DNA of 64,000 nucleotides from Candidatus Latescibacterota bacterium (lineage in GTDB: Bacteria > Latescibacterota > UBA2968). The notes beneath the pieces are model-generated. The model was not told the origin of the DNA, ran no database searches, and saw only the letters and a list, made by a program, of their open reading frames with translations. A program made the position numbers and the translations under genes. The stretch covers positions 4,768,001-4,832,000 of the forward strand of contig OZ242320.1 in NCBI GenBank assembly GCA_965208125.1, given 5' to 3'. This document shows, one piece after another, positions 1 to 10,072 of the stretch. The stretch's first letter is position 1. Each line of letters starts with the position of its first letter.

Positions 1-203
1 TATCATACTGTGAATGGGCGCCCGGGCAATGTGCCGAGTGTAACCGGTGCTGATAAACAGGTGGTGTTAGGCTCTATTACACCAGGTGAAATGTAGCCCA
101 ACTATCCACCACAGAGTCGTTATGAGCGTTGTTGAATTGATGATACTGGCGCAGTTGTACCCTGTTCCGTATATTTCTTTGTTACATTGCCGATTGTACG
201 CGG

Positions 204-1037
204 ATGATTCGAGGAAAGGCTATGGTTTTTGACATCTTACTCATTGCAACAGGCGTGGCATACATCACCAGTGCGCTGAGTTATGCGTTGCACTTTCACC
301 AGCCCAAAGCGCACTGGCGCGTTCTCAGCACCTGGGGAATATGGGGGGCCTGGTGTATGCACACTGTGCTTTTGGTCTTTATTACAATTTCTGCTGGTGA
401 GGTGCCTTTGACCAGTCAGGTTTTGCCGTCGCTGTGTGCCTGGCTGGTCACAGTTGTTTATATTTATCTCGAAGTGAGTACGCGAGACCGGTCTTTGGGC
501 GTGCTGATTGTGCCTATTGTGGTGGTTTTGCACGTTTTGACGCTTACAAAATTACTGGGTACTGAGGATATTCAGGTCACGGGATATAGCGGCGGATGGT
601 TTGAACTGCATGTGCTGGCTTATGGCCTTGCGTACACGGCTTTTGCGATTTCCTGTGTTGGAGGCGTGATGTATCTGATGCTTTTAAGCGAAATTCAGGC
701 CAAGCATTTTGGTTTTTTTTATTCCCGTCTGCCTTCACTCGAGGTGCTGAATCAGATTACTAACCGCGCTGCCACCTTTGGATTTGTATTTTTGACGGGT
801 GGGACTGTTGCCAGTTCGGTGTGGGCATTTCAACATCTTTCGCAGTTTTCTATATGGCGCGAGCCGGTATTTTTACCCGTTTTGATTGCGTGGGTCATCT
901 ATGCGGGCAATCTCGCAGCGCGGTGGTGGGGCGGCTGGCAGGGCAAGCGGGCGGCGTTTTTGTCTATCATGGGTTTTGTTCTCGTTATTCTGGCATTTCC
1001 GTGGTGGGCGTTCTCTTTTCTGGTCCCCACAATTTAG
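204..1037 (+). CDS. ccsA: Cytochrome c assembly/HemX-like membrane protein (CcsA family); C-terminus probably frameshifted
   Basis: Multiple TM helices, WFELHV His, LPSLEVL and W-rich WREP..WVIY..WWGGWQGKRAA motifs; first gene of the hem cluster. Likely start is ATG 222. Confidence 0.8.
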   Translation: MIRGKAMVFDILLIATGVAYITSALSYALHFHQPKAHWRVLSTWGIWGAWCMHTVLLVFITISAGEVPLTSQVLPSLCAWLVTVVYIYLEVSTRDRSLGVLIVPIVVVLHVLTLTKLLGTEDIQVTGYSGGWFELHVLAYGLAYTAFAISCVGGVMYLMLLSEIQAKHFGFFYSRLPSLEVLNQITNRAATFGFVFLTGGTVASSVWAFQHLSQFSIWREPVFLPVLIAWVIYAGNLAARWWGGWQGKRAAFLSIMGFVLVILAFPWWAFSFLVPTI

Positions 1038-1048
1038 GGCCTTAAGCC

Positions 1049-1672
1049 ATGCGCTATCCCGTGTTTTTAAAATTGGAAGATAAATTGTGTGTTGTGGTTG
1101 GCGCGGGTCGCATTGCCGAACGCAGAGTGCGCGGGCTGTGCGATGCAAAGGCACAGGTTCGAGTTGTGGGTATAACCGCGACCGAGGGCATTCTGAAATT
1201 GGCCGATGAAGGTACAGTCCATCTCTGTCAACGGGCATTTGAGCCGAGCGATTTGGACGGTAGCACGCTCGTGATTGCCGCTACTGATCAGGCAGATGTC
1301 AATCGGGCGGTACAGGCGGCGGCGAAATGCCGAGCGACTTTGTTTTGCGGTGCGGATCGACATACAGATAGCGATTTTATTGTGCCCGCGGTTGTGCGGC
1401 GTGGCGACTTACAGGTAGCGATTTCCACCGGGGGCAAAAGTCCTGCTTATGCCAGGCTGTTGAGCCGGGAAATTGAGGCTTTTTTGGATGATGGACAGTT
1501 ACTGGATTTGATGGCGGATTTGAGGCGTAGAGTTTATGCGCGATTCCCCAACGCGCCAGAGCGTCGGCAAGCGTTCTGGCAACAGTTGGTGACAGATGAT
1601 ACGCTTGCCCTGGCGCGCAAGGGCAAGTGGGCTGAAATTGAGGAGCGGATTGAAGTATGTCTATCGTCGTAA
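1049..1672 (+). CDS. sirC: Precorrin-2 dehydrogenase/sirohydrochlorin ferrochelatase (CysG N-terminal/SirC-like)
   Basis: YPVFLKL, VVVGAGRIA Rossmann motif, VIAATD, FIVPAVVRRGDLQVAISTGGKSP. Confidence 0.9.
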   Translation: MRYPVFLKLEDKLCVVVGAGRIAERRVRGLCDAKAQVRVVGITATEGILKLADEGTVHLCQRAFEPSDLDGSTLVIAATDQADVNRAVQAAAKCRATLFCGADRHTDSDFIVPAVVRRGDLQVAISTGGKSPAYARLLSREIEAFLDDGQLLDLMADLRRRVYARFPNAPERRQAFWQQLVTDDTLALARKGKWAEIEERIEVCLSS

Positions 1673-2949
1673 TTGGGCTGAGTTACCGCACGGCACCTGT
1701 TGAAATTCGAGATGGGGTCGCGGTATTGCCCCAGGCTCTGGATGCGGTTCTCCAATACTTTTCCAGCGTGCCCGAAATTGTCGAATGCGCGGTTTTATCG
1801 ACGTGCAATCGCTCGGAAGTCTATTGCATTGCGACGGATATTCACGCTGCTCGTGCGGCTGTGATCGCGGGTTGGAGCGAGCAAAGTGGATTGGATGCCG
1901 ACGCGCTGGGACAGCATACGTTTGTCTATCGCGATGCGGAAGCCGTGTGCCATCTTTTCAGGGTCGCCTGTGGGCTGGATTCTATGATAATGGGCGAGCC
2001 GCAAATTGCCGGTCAGGTGAAAGAGGCCGGGGCTGCAGCACTATCTATGGGAACGAGCAAAGCCGTGCTGAATCGATTATTTCGCGCTGCGACTGAGGTT
2101 TCAAAGCGAGCGCGTACGGAAACGGAGATTGCAACGGGTGCCGTTTCCGTCAGTTTTGCAGCAGTGGAACTCGCAAAGAAAATTTTCGGCAATCTCGAAG
2201 GGCGTACAGCCCTGGTGCTCGGCGCTGGCGAGATGAGTGAATTGACGGCGCGACACCTCGCCGATAATGGGGTGAAGTCTTTGTTGGTGACGAGTCGCAC
2301 GTTAGCACGGGCACAAAATTTGGCAATGCGCGTAGGCGGTCGCGCCATTTCCTGGGACGATGGGATAGGCAATTTACATGGAGCAGATGTTGTTATCAGT
2401 TCTACGAGCGCGGAAACTTATGTTCTGGAACGCCACCATGTGGCAGCCGCGATGCAAAGGCGCAATAATCGCTCGATGTTTTTGATTGATATTGCCATGC
2501 CGCGCGATATCGATCCGGTAGTTGGCGATTTGTACAATGTGTTTTTGTATGACCTCGACGATCTGGAGTCTGTTGTTGGTGCGAATTTGGAGAAGCGAAA
2601 AATTGAAGCAGATAAAGTCAGTGTAATTATAGAAGAAGAGGTGGCGAACTTCTCTGCGTGGATAAATTCCCTATCGGTTGTTCCTGCAATTGTGGCTCTG
2701 CGTGGGCATTTTCAATCTTTTATGGATTCGGAACTCGCACAGGCCAGGCTCAGTGAGTTTTCAGACGAGCAACGCGCTCAAGTTGCCAATTTGATGCGTC
2801 GATTTATGAATAAGGTGCTGCACAAACCGGTGACGCGTCTCAGAGAGGCTGGCGAGGAAGAAGATGGTGGGGCTTATGTGGCGGCGCTTTCATATTTGTT
2901 TGATCTGGTGGTTGAGGACATAGAGACTGAAAAGGTACACGACTCATGA
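1657..2949 (+). CDS. hemA: Glutamyl-tRNA reductase
   Basis: LSTCNRSE catalytic motif, GLDSMIMGEPQI, GAGEM, IDIAMPRDID. Confidence 0.97.
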   Translation: MSIVVIGLSYRTAPVEIRDGVAVLPQALDAVLQYFSSVPEIVECAVLSTCNRSEVYCIATDIHAARAAVIAGWSEQSGLDADALGQHTFVYRDAEAVCHLFRVACGLDSMIMGEPQIAGQVKEAGAAALSMGTSKAVLNRLFRAATEVSKRARTETEIATGAVSVSFAAVELAKKIFGNLEGRTALVLGAGEMSELTARHLADNGVKSLLVTSRTLARAQNLAMRVGGRAISWDDGIGNLHGADVVISSTSAETYVLERHHVAAAMQRRNNRSMFLIDIAMPRDIDPVVGDLYNVFLYDLDDLESVVGANLEKRKIEADKVSVIIEEEVANFSAWINSLSVVPAIVALRGHFQSFMDSELAQARLSEFSDEQRAQVANLMRRFMNKVLHKPVTRLREAGEEEDGGAYVAALSYLFDLVVEDIETEKVHDS

Positions 2950-3878
2950 AGGTGGTTATTGGCAGTCGGGGCAGTGCGCTGGCTTTGTGGCAGGCCAATT
3001 GGGCAAAGAGAAAACTGGCGAGCGCATATCCCGATCTCAGTATTGAGATTGAAGTGATTAAAACGGAGGGAGACCGCCTGTCGGAAACACCTGTGTCTCA
3101 AATTGGTGGCAAAGAGGTATGGACAAAGGAGATTGAGCACGCGCTGCTGTCGGGCAGCATTGATCTGGCGGTTCACAGTTTGAAAGATTTGCCGACCAGG
3201 TTGCCAGAGGGATTGGTTTTGGGCGCGGTGAGTGCGCGCGAAGATGTGCGCGATGTGCTGGTCAGCAAAAATAATCGGGCGTTTTGGGATTTGCCAGAGG
3301 GTGCGACGGTTGCAACAGGCAGTTTGCGGAGACAGGCACAGTTGAAACACGCGCGCCCTGATTTGAATTTTGTGGCGATTCGGGGAAATGTAGATACGCG
3401 CGTCAAAAAGCTCGAAACGGAAAATTTGGATGGTATTATTTTAGCCGCAGCGGGTTTGAAGCGGTTGGGATTGGGAGATCGCATTGCGGATTTTATCGAT
3501 CCGGATATCTGTTTGCCCGCGCCCGGGCAGGCCGCGCTGGGGATAGAAATACGAGAAGGGGATGAGCGGATTACAGATCTCGTCGGCGTTTTGAATTGCG
3601 TTGAAACGCAGCAAGCCGTTACGGCAGAGCGCGCGATGCTGGCGGCATTGGGAGGAGACTGTAGCGTTCCAATTGGTGGATACGCAGCCGTTGACAAGGT
3701 TTCTGTGGTCGTTCTAATGCTGTCGGGCGTCGTTGCAACACCGGATGGCCGTCAGGTAATATCAAAGAAGATAGAAGGACAGGCATCATCTGCCGAGCAG
3801 TTGGGCGTGCGCGTTGCAAAGGGGTTGATCGAGCAGGGTGCGGGGGAGATTTTGGATCGGGATGGGAGGATGCGGTGA
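2946..3878 (+). CDS. hemC: Hydroxymethylbilane synthase
   Basis: GSRGSALALWQA, DLAVHSLKDLP, GSLRRQAQL, IRGNVDTR, PAPGQAAL, LGGDCSVPIG. Confidence 0.97.
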   Translation: MKVVIGSRGSALALWQANWAKRKLASAYPDLSIEIEVIKTEGDRLSETPVSQIGGKEVWTKEIEHALLSGSIDLAVHSLKDLPTRLPEGLVLGAVSAREDVRDVLVSKNNRAFWDLPEGATVATGSLRRQAQLKHARPDLNFVAIRGNVDTRVKKLETENLDGIILAAAGLKRLGLGDRIADFIDPDICLPAPGQAALGIEIREGDERITDLVGVLNCVETQQAVTAERAMLAALGGDCSVPIGGYAAVDKVSVVVLMLSGVVATPDGRQVISKKIEGQASSAEQLGVRVAKGLIEQGAGEILDRDGRMR

Positions 3879-5959
3879 GCGAATTTGAACCGCCTGCCTA
3901 CGATGCCAGGGCATTCTGGAGGCAGGTGAAACGCGACATTTCGGGGCTGGTGTTGCCGGAGAATGTGTCGGATCCAAAGCGTGAGGCGGCCGCCTGGCAT
4001 GCGTGGCATGCCTATCTGGCAGGCAGGACCCAACCGACGTGGCATTTCGATTCGGAACGGTTCGGTGACGCCATGCGAACGCACTGGCCGGGGTTGGCAC
4101 GGGTCTGGATTGAAGAGTCGGATCGGCTGATTGATGGAAAAATGGTGTACGGGGAATCCACGGTGCCTTATGTGCCGGGGGTCGGACTGGATTGGAGCGC
4201 GAATCCAGATCGGACGATGAACTGGGGTGGGTTGCATTATATGTTTTTTCTCAGATGGCCGATTCGGGCGGCGATGTTGACCGGCGAGGGGAAATATGTG
4301 CGGGCGGTTGCGGACTGCGTGCAGAGCTATCTCGACCAGATCGATGATATTCGCGACGAGGCGATGGTGTTGAACCGGGGGATGAAGGCGGGGGGAATTT
4401 ATGCGGTTTGGAATACGTTGTCCGTCGGGTTGAAGCTGAAGGCTCTGGGCGAGGCGCTGTATGCGTTGCGTACCCATCCAGCGTGGTCAGTGGCGGATTG
4501 TCGGGCCGCGTCCATTCTGATCTGGCGCCTGGCGCAGCATCTGCATGGGCAGGTGGCTTCACAGACCGCAGTAGAGTGGCAACAGCAGCTAAATTTCATT
4601 GCTTCGGGCAGCGGTGGAATGGGCGGTGTCGGCGCGTTGCTCCCGGAATGGGATGCTGCAGAGGGTTGGCTGGAGACGGGGCGGCAGATTCAGGAAGTGT
4701 TGCTTTTGAACCAGGTGTATCCGGATGGTTTTCAGAAGGAAATCTGCACGCAATATCACAAGACGGTCATCCGGTCATTTGCAACTCTGCAGATGATTCT
4801 GGCCCGTCGCGGGCTACCCAGCTTCTACGATACCGAGCCTTTTCGAACGCGGTTTCTGGCGATGCACCGGTTTCTGGCTGAGATTCTGACGCCGGATGGT
4901 TTTACGCCAGCTATTAATTCGGCGGTGTACGCGCAGGATTGGTCCGCATTCCTGGCTTCTGGAAATACCTTCTTCAAAGACCCGGTGCTTCAGTGGCACA
5001 TCGACCGCGGGTACCATCCCCAGTTTGTGCCGGTACAGAAGGGGGGCGTGGGTTGGGGCAATACGATATTGAACGATCTGTGCGTTCCGAATCCGACAGG
5101 TGTGCAGCAAAGGGCACCTGCATCGGCTTCACACCTGTTTCCCGATTCGGGTATCGCCGTGCTTCGCGACGGATGGGACCGCGAGGCGAACGTGCTGGTT
5201 CTGGATTTCGGGCATCCGGAAGGCGGACATGCTTACGGGGCGCAGGCTTCGTTTTCAGCCTGGGTAAAGGGTCGTCCGGCGGCCCTGTCTCCGGGATCGC
5301 CATTTGCATATAGCGATCCGGATTACCGTACCTGGTATCACAGCACGCGGGGGCAGAATACGGTCTGGATTGACGAAGATGACCAGGACCTCTGGCGCCC
5401 GGGTGAAAAACGAAGAATCTGGGGGCGGTTGCTCGATTGGCGAGAGGAAGAAGGGGAGACGTATGTACGCATCTCCCACGATGGATACCTGCGCTCGAAA
5501 GGGGTGCTGCACGAACGTACGGTGCTGCTGAAAAAGGGGAGATATTTTCTGATTTACGATCTATTGGATGCCGCGGAAAGTGATGTTGGGCATACCCTCC
5601 GCTGGACGCTGCGCTGCCCAAACGAGTTGCGCGAGATAGAAAATCGCACGGTTGTAAGTACCGGTGATCCGGGTATCAGGCTGGCACCTGCGTGGTCGGC
5701 CGCGATTCGCGATGTGGAGATCGGTTGGGGACCGAGCATGGTCCCGTTGACCTATCAACCGGATATGTCGGCACAACAGGCGCAGACCTACCATGTCCGG
5801 TTCGTGCAGAAGATTGATGCCGGGGCGCAGGCGCGGTTTCTGGTGTTGGTGATCTCAGGAGAATGTCAAGACGGAGCGGTTCAAGGCGAGGTCGCTGACG
5901 GTAGAATTGAGGCCACCGTCACGGCGTGGGGAGAAACAGAGCGCATTGTTCTGAAATAA
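3875..5959 (+). CDS. Heparinase II/III-like polysaccharide lyase
   Basis: QVYPDGFQKE...QYH, FPDSGIAVLRDGW, GGHAY, HSTRGQNTVWID, HERTV motifs typical of Hepar_II_III proteins; GTG start overlaps the hemC stop. Confidence 0.75.
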   Translation: MSEFEPPAYDARAFWRQVKRDISGLVLPENVSDPKREAAAWHAWHAYLAGRTQPTWHFDSERFGDAMRTHWPGLARVWIEESDRLIDGKMVYGESTVPYVPGVGLDWSANPDRTMNWGGLHYMFFLRWPIRAAMLTGEGKYVRAVADCVQSYLDQIDDIRDEAMVLNRGMKAGGIYAVWNTLSVGLKLKALGEALYALRTHPAWSVADCRAASILIWRLAQHLHGQVASQTAVEWQQQLNFIASGSGGMGGVGALLPEWDAAEGWLETGRQIQEVLLLNQVYPDGFQKEICTQYHKTVIRSFATLQMILARRGLPSFYDTEPFRTRFLAMHRFLAEILTPDGFTPAINSAVYAQDWSAFLASGNTFFKDPVLQWHIDRGYHPQFVPVQKGGVGWGNTILNDLCVPNPTGVQQRAPASASHLFPDSGIAVLRDGWDREANVLVLDFGHPEGGHAYGAQASFSAWVKGRPAALSPGSPFAYSDPDYRTWYHSTRGQNTVWIDEDDQDLWRPGEKRRIWGRLLDWREEEGETYVRISHDGYLRSKGVLHERTVLLKKGRYFLIYDLLDAAESDVGHTLRWTLRCPNELREIENRTVVSTGDPGIRLAPAWSAAIRDVEIGWGPSMVPLTYQPDMSAQQAQTYHVRFVQKIDAGAQARFLVLVISGECQDGAVQGEVADGRIEATVTAWGETERIVLK

Positions 5960-6002
5960 TACCCATTAGATGCCCTTGTATTTTTCTTTGACTCTCAAAT
6001 TT

Positions 6003-6091
6003 ACCAACATTATATTCTCTGCAAACGTTTCTGTCAGATTATATTCTATGTATTGCAAACGTTGCTACCAAATTATATTCTATGCATTGCA
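6003..6091. repeat. Three ~30-bp direct repeats (core ATTATATTCT), possible operator
   Basis: ATTATATTCT at 6009, 6038 and 6072, each followed by TGCA within a few bases (TGCAAACGTT in the first two). Confidence 0.6.
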
Positions 6092-6159
6092 GGGGGCATC
6101 GTCCCCATCATCCGCAACGCTACGTTGTCGCTGTATCCTACAAGGGAGGGATACAGAAC

Positions 6160-6519
6160 ATGATACACAGGCCAACACCGAATCTGTCCATCCTCATAAA
6201 TTGTCTTAAGTTTTACAAAAACAGTACTTTACCCCCCCCCCCCCCCCCCCCGAATTTTTCAAAATCGACATCACAGTTAGATACGCCCGCCGTACTCGCT
6301 TTCCCAGTCGTTCCTTTCCTCACAGACAAACTTCCTTTCTTTTCCAAATTCTTTTCGATACTCGCCCTGACATTGCTTGTATTTGCAGGGCAGGTGTCTG
6401 CACAGCGTTTGTCGCTCACGCATGATGTTACGGACGGCACAGCAGGTATCAAACTCTATCAAGGAGGAATCCATGTGGTTCATGAAGTCTATAAATTGGA
6501 GCGTGATAACCGCTCTTAA
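6160..6519 (+). pseudogene. Orphan extended leader/signal peptide ORF containing a C20 tract
   Basis: GGGAGG RBS; ends in ILALTLLVFAGQVSAQ..GTAGI, homologous to the N-terminus at 47939; then runs out of frame into the next gene. Confidence 0.55.
6232..6251. repeat. Poly-C homopolymer (20 C)
   Basis: Directly visible; encodes a poly-Pro run in the 6160 ORF. Confidence 0.9.
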
Positions 6520-9500
6520 AACAGCTCTTGCCATTGTCGTATGGCTGGCGATTGGTACGGCGAAAGCAACGCCGATTATGGATCAAGTGTCGGGGCGCGT
6601 GCTGCACTTTGGTGGAACGCCTGTGGTGGATGCCCAGGTGTCCCTGTTCGATTTGACAAATCTGCGTCAGGGACCTGTAGCGCAAGCCACGACAGACGGT
6701 GCGGGTTATTTCACGCTTTCACTGGCCGGGTTGCAAAATCAGGCCGTGTTTCCCGACGGCATTGGACTGGGACAGAACTATCCCAATCCCTTTAATCCTG
6801 CCACGATCATTCCCTACCAGTTGGCAGAGGCATCGCATGTGCGGATTGAGGTGTTCAATGTGTTGGGACAACTCGTTGCGACGCTGGTGGATGCGGAGCA
6901 GGCGGCGGGGTCTCATATTGTGCGGTGGGATGCTCGGGATGCTTCGGGACGAGGTGTGGCTGCGGGGGTGTATCTCTATCGGTTTACGGTTGGTGACATA
7001 ACGCAAGTTCGCCGAATGGTTTTGCTGGACGGCAAAAAGACCCCTGCGCCAATAGGTGGGAGACAGGTTGAAGCAGTGTCCGGTGTGGTGGATGGCCTGC
7101 CCAATCCTATTTATGGTCTGGTGATTTCGGGGCAGAATATGGTCTCCCATGTGGTGTCGGATTTCCAGTTATCTGACAGCTTCATCCCGATGGATATTGT
7201 GATTGACGGGATGGAGAGCGAAAAAAGTACAAAAGTCGTAGCACAGAGCGGAATTTTAGGCGACGCAGACCTCGATGATCAAGTTAATATCGTTGATGCG
7301 TTGCTCGTAGCGGTGTACAGTGCCAATCCCACCGCGATTTCAATTTCCAGTGACGCACATGTTGATGTAAACTGCGACGGTCAAGTCGATATTGTGGATG
7401 CTTTGCTGATCGGTAAGTACAGCATCAATCAGAACGATCCTGATGTACGTCGTGACGCACCGAATATCGGCACATCTAACATTTGTTCTCCCGCGTCCCT
7501 ATCGCCTGATCCATCGACAGTGACGTTTGATACCAACGGCACATGGCATCGGTTTACGATTCAATCGAGTGAGCGGGTTATTGTGGTGGCGAATCCGAGT
7601 GGCACAACCCCGCTTGTGGAGATCAGCACCAGCGGAGGGAGCAACAATTGCCCACCCGAACAAGAGGACGATTATAGCGGCAACAACGGCGAATCCATCT
7701 ACTTGTCTGGTTGTGGTTCAGGGACAGGCACAGTGGAACTGCGTCGGGCTTCGGACAACACAGTTCTTAACACCTATACCTTTGCTATCGGTGTTCAGGC
7801 GTCCCTATCGCCTGATCCATCGACAGTGACGTTTGATACCAACGGCACATGGCATCGGTTTACGATTCAATCGAGCGAGCGGGTTATTGTGGTGGCGAAT
7901 CCGAGTGGCACGACCCCGCTTGTGGAGATCACCACCACCAGCGGAGCGCGCAACCTTTGCCCAGCCGAACAGGATGACGATTATAGCGGCAACAACGGCG
8001 AATCCATCTACTTGTCTGGTTGTGGTTCAGGGACAGGCACAGTGGAACTGCGTCGGGCTTCGGACAACACGGTTCTTAACACCTATACCTTTGCTATCGG
8101 TACTGATTCTCGTGCTTCTCAGCCGCGGGGTATCACATACGCCAACAACCGGTTCTATGTGGTTGATAGGCAGGATGATAAGGTGTATGTGTACACGAGT
8201 TCTGGCGGGCGTGTTTCGAGTGCAGACTTCAATCTGGATAGCAACAACGGTAATCCGCAGGGTATCACATACGCCAATAACAGATTCTATGTGGTTGATT
8301 GGACAGATATAAAGGTGTATGTGTACACGAGTTCTGGCGGGCGTGTTTCGAGTGCAGACTTCAATCTGGATAGCAATAACACTAATCCATCGGGTATCAC
8401 ATACGCCAACAACCGATTCTATGTGGTTGATTACGATGATGCTAAGGTGTATGTGTACAACAGTTCTGGCGGGCGTGTTTCGAGTGCAGACTTCAATCTG
8501 GCCAGTGCCAACACTACTCCGGGTGGTATCACATACGCCAACAACCGATTCTATGTGGTTGATATAGGTGATGCTAAGGTGTATGTGTACAACAGTTCTG
8601 GTCAGCGTGTTTCAAGTGCAGACTTCAATCTGGATAGCAATAACACTGATCCGAATGGTATCACTTATACCAACGACCGACTCTATGTGGCTGATAGGGA
8701 CGATGATCAGATCTATAGTTACGATGTCAGTGGAGGAGGTGGTGGTGGTGGCAGTCCAGACCTGATCGTTGAATCGCCTTCGGTCAGCGATAACACCTTG
8801 ACGACAGGACAATCCTTCACCCTACAGACAACTGTCCGTAACCAGGGCTCAGGATCGTCCGCCTCGACCACGCTATATTATTATCGCTCGTCAAACTCGA
8901 CGATTTCGCCCAGCGATACACAAGTAGGCACAGATTCGGTGAGTGGACTTTCAGCTTCTGGCACGAGTTCTGAGTCTATAAGCTTGAATGCGCCATCCAG
9001 TGCGGGTACGTATTACTACGGTGCATGTGTGGCAAGCGTCAGTGGCGAGAGCGATACAGGAAATAATTGTTCAGATGGCGTTCAGGTAACGGTCAGCAGT
9101 AGCAGTGATGATCACGGGAATAGTCGTTCTACGGCGACACAGGTATCGTCAAATAGTACGACGAATGGGCAGATTTCTCCTGTGGGCGATGTGGACTATT
9201 TTCGGGTTGACGTAAGTGGTTCTGGGACACTAACAGCTTATACGACGGGAAGTACGGATACCGAGGGCCAATTGCAGGATAGCTCAGGCAACCTCCTTGA
9301 TTCCGATGATGATACAGGCGACCTCAACTTCCGGGTTTCAGCATCGGTGAGTGCAGGGACGTACTACATCCGGGTAATCGAACATGCTAATAACGATACA
9401 GGAAGCTACACCCTGCATGTCTCTGTTACTACCTCCACTCCCTCCTCCTTCAATCTGGATAGCTCCAACGGTAATTCGAGTGGTATCACATACGCCAACA

Positions 9501-10072
9501 ACAGATTCTATGTGGTTGATTGGTCGGATGACAAGGTGTATGCGTACACCAGTAGTGGTCAGCGTGTTTCGAGTGCAGACTTCAATCTGGATAGCAACAA
9601 CAGTTATCCGTTGGGTATCACATACGCCAACAACCGCTTCTATGTGCTTGATCACGATGATAGAAAGGTGTATGCGTACACCAGTAGTGGTCAGCGTGTT
9701 TCGAGTGCTGACTTCAATCTGGATAGCTCGGGTGGTGGTATCACATACACCAACAACCGCTTCTATATGGTTGCTCCCTCAGATGCCAAGGTGTATGCGT
9801 ACACCAGTAGTGGTCAGCGTGATGCGAGTGCAGACTTCAATCTGGATAGCAACAACAGTACAGGATCGGGTATCACATACGCCAACAACCGCTTCTATGT
9901 GCTTGATTTTGAGGATTACAAGGTGTATGCGTACACCAGTAGTGGTCAGCGTGTTTCGAGTGCAGACTTCAATCTGGATAGCAATAACGCTGGTGCGAAT
10001 GGTATCACGTATGCCAACAACAGATTCTATGTGGTTGATCAGCGGTATGACAAGGTGTATGTGTACGAGTAG
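6473..10072 (+). CDS. Secreted modular protein: signal peptide, FlgD/T9SS-tail-like, dockerin-like, 2x Ig-like, 5x propeller repeat, CARDB, PPC, 5x propeller repeat
   Basis: AAGGAGG RBS before ATG 6473; LGQNYPNPFNP; GDADLDDQVNIVDA/DVNCDGQVDIVDA; GITYANNRFYVVD repeats; PDLIVESP; GDVDYFRV. Confidence 0.85.
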   Translation: MWFMKSINWSVITALKTALAIVVWLAIGTAKATPIMDQVSGRVLHFGGTPVVDAQVSLFDLTNLRQGPVAQATTDGAGYFTLSLAGLQNQAVFPDGIGLGQNYPNPFNPATIIPYQLAEASHVRIEVFNVLGQLVATLVDAEQAAGSHIVRWDARDASGRGVAAGVYLYRFTVGDITQVRRMVLLDGKKTPAPIGGRQVEAVSGVVDGLPNPIYGLVISGQNMVSHVVSDFQLSDSFIPMDIVIDGMESEKSTKVVAQSGILGDADLDDQVNIVDALLVAVYSANPTAISISSDAHVDVNCDGQVDIVDALLIGKYSINQNDPDVRRDAPNIGTSNICSPASLSPDPSTVTFDTNGTWHRFTIQSSERVIVVANPSGTTPLVEISTSGGSNNCPPEQEDDYSGNNGESIYLSGCGSGTGTVELRRASDNTVLNTYTFAIGVQASLSPDPSTVTFDTNGTWHRFTIQSSERVIVVANPSGTTPLVEITTTSGARNLCPAEQDDDYSGNNGESIYLSGCGSGTGTVELRRASDNTVLNTYTFAIGTDSRASQPRGITYANNRFYVVDRQDDKVYVYTSSGGRVSSADFNLDSNNGNPQGITYANNRFYVVDWTDIKVYVYTSSGGRVSSADFNLDSNNTNPSGITYANNRFYVVDYDDAKVYVYNSSGGRVSSADFNLASANTTPGGITYANNRFYVVDIGDAKVYVYNSSGQRVSSADFNLDSNNTDPNGITYTNDRLYVADRDDDQIYSYDVSGGGGGGGSPDLIVESPSVSDNTLTTGQSFTLQTTVRNQGSGSSASTTLYYYRSSNSTISPSDTQVGTDSVSGLSASGTSSESISLNAPSSAGTYYYGACVASVSGESDTGNNCSDGVQVTVSSSSDDHGNSRSTATQVSSNSTTNGQISPVGDVDYFRVDVSGSGTLTAYTTGSTDTEGQLQDSSGNLLDSDDDTGDLNFRVSASVSAGTYYIRVIEHANNDTGSYTLHVSVTTSTPSSFNLDSSNGNSSGITYANNRFYVVDWSDDKVYAYTSSGQRVSSADFNLDSNNSYPLGITYANNRFYVLDHDDRKVYAYTSSGQRVSSADFNLDSSGGGITYTNNRFYMVAPSDAKVYAYTSSGQRDASADFNLDSNNSTGSGITYANNRFYVLDFEDYKVYAYTSSGQRVSSADFNLDSNNAGANGITYANNRFYVVDQRYDKVYVYE

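Noticed and set aside
1-203. Partial gene at the left edge
   Set aside because: Only short open frames with no identifiable motif.
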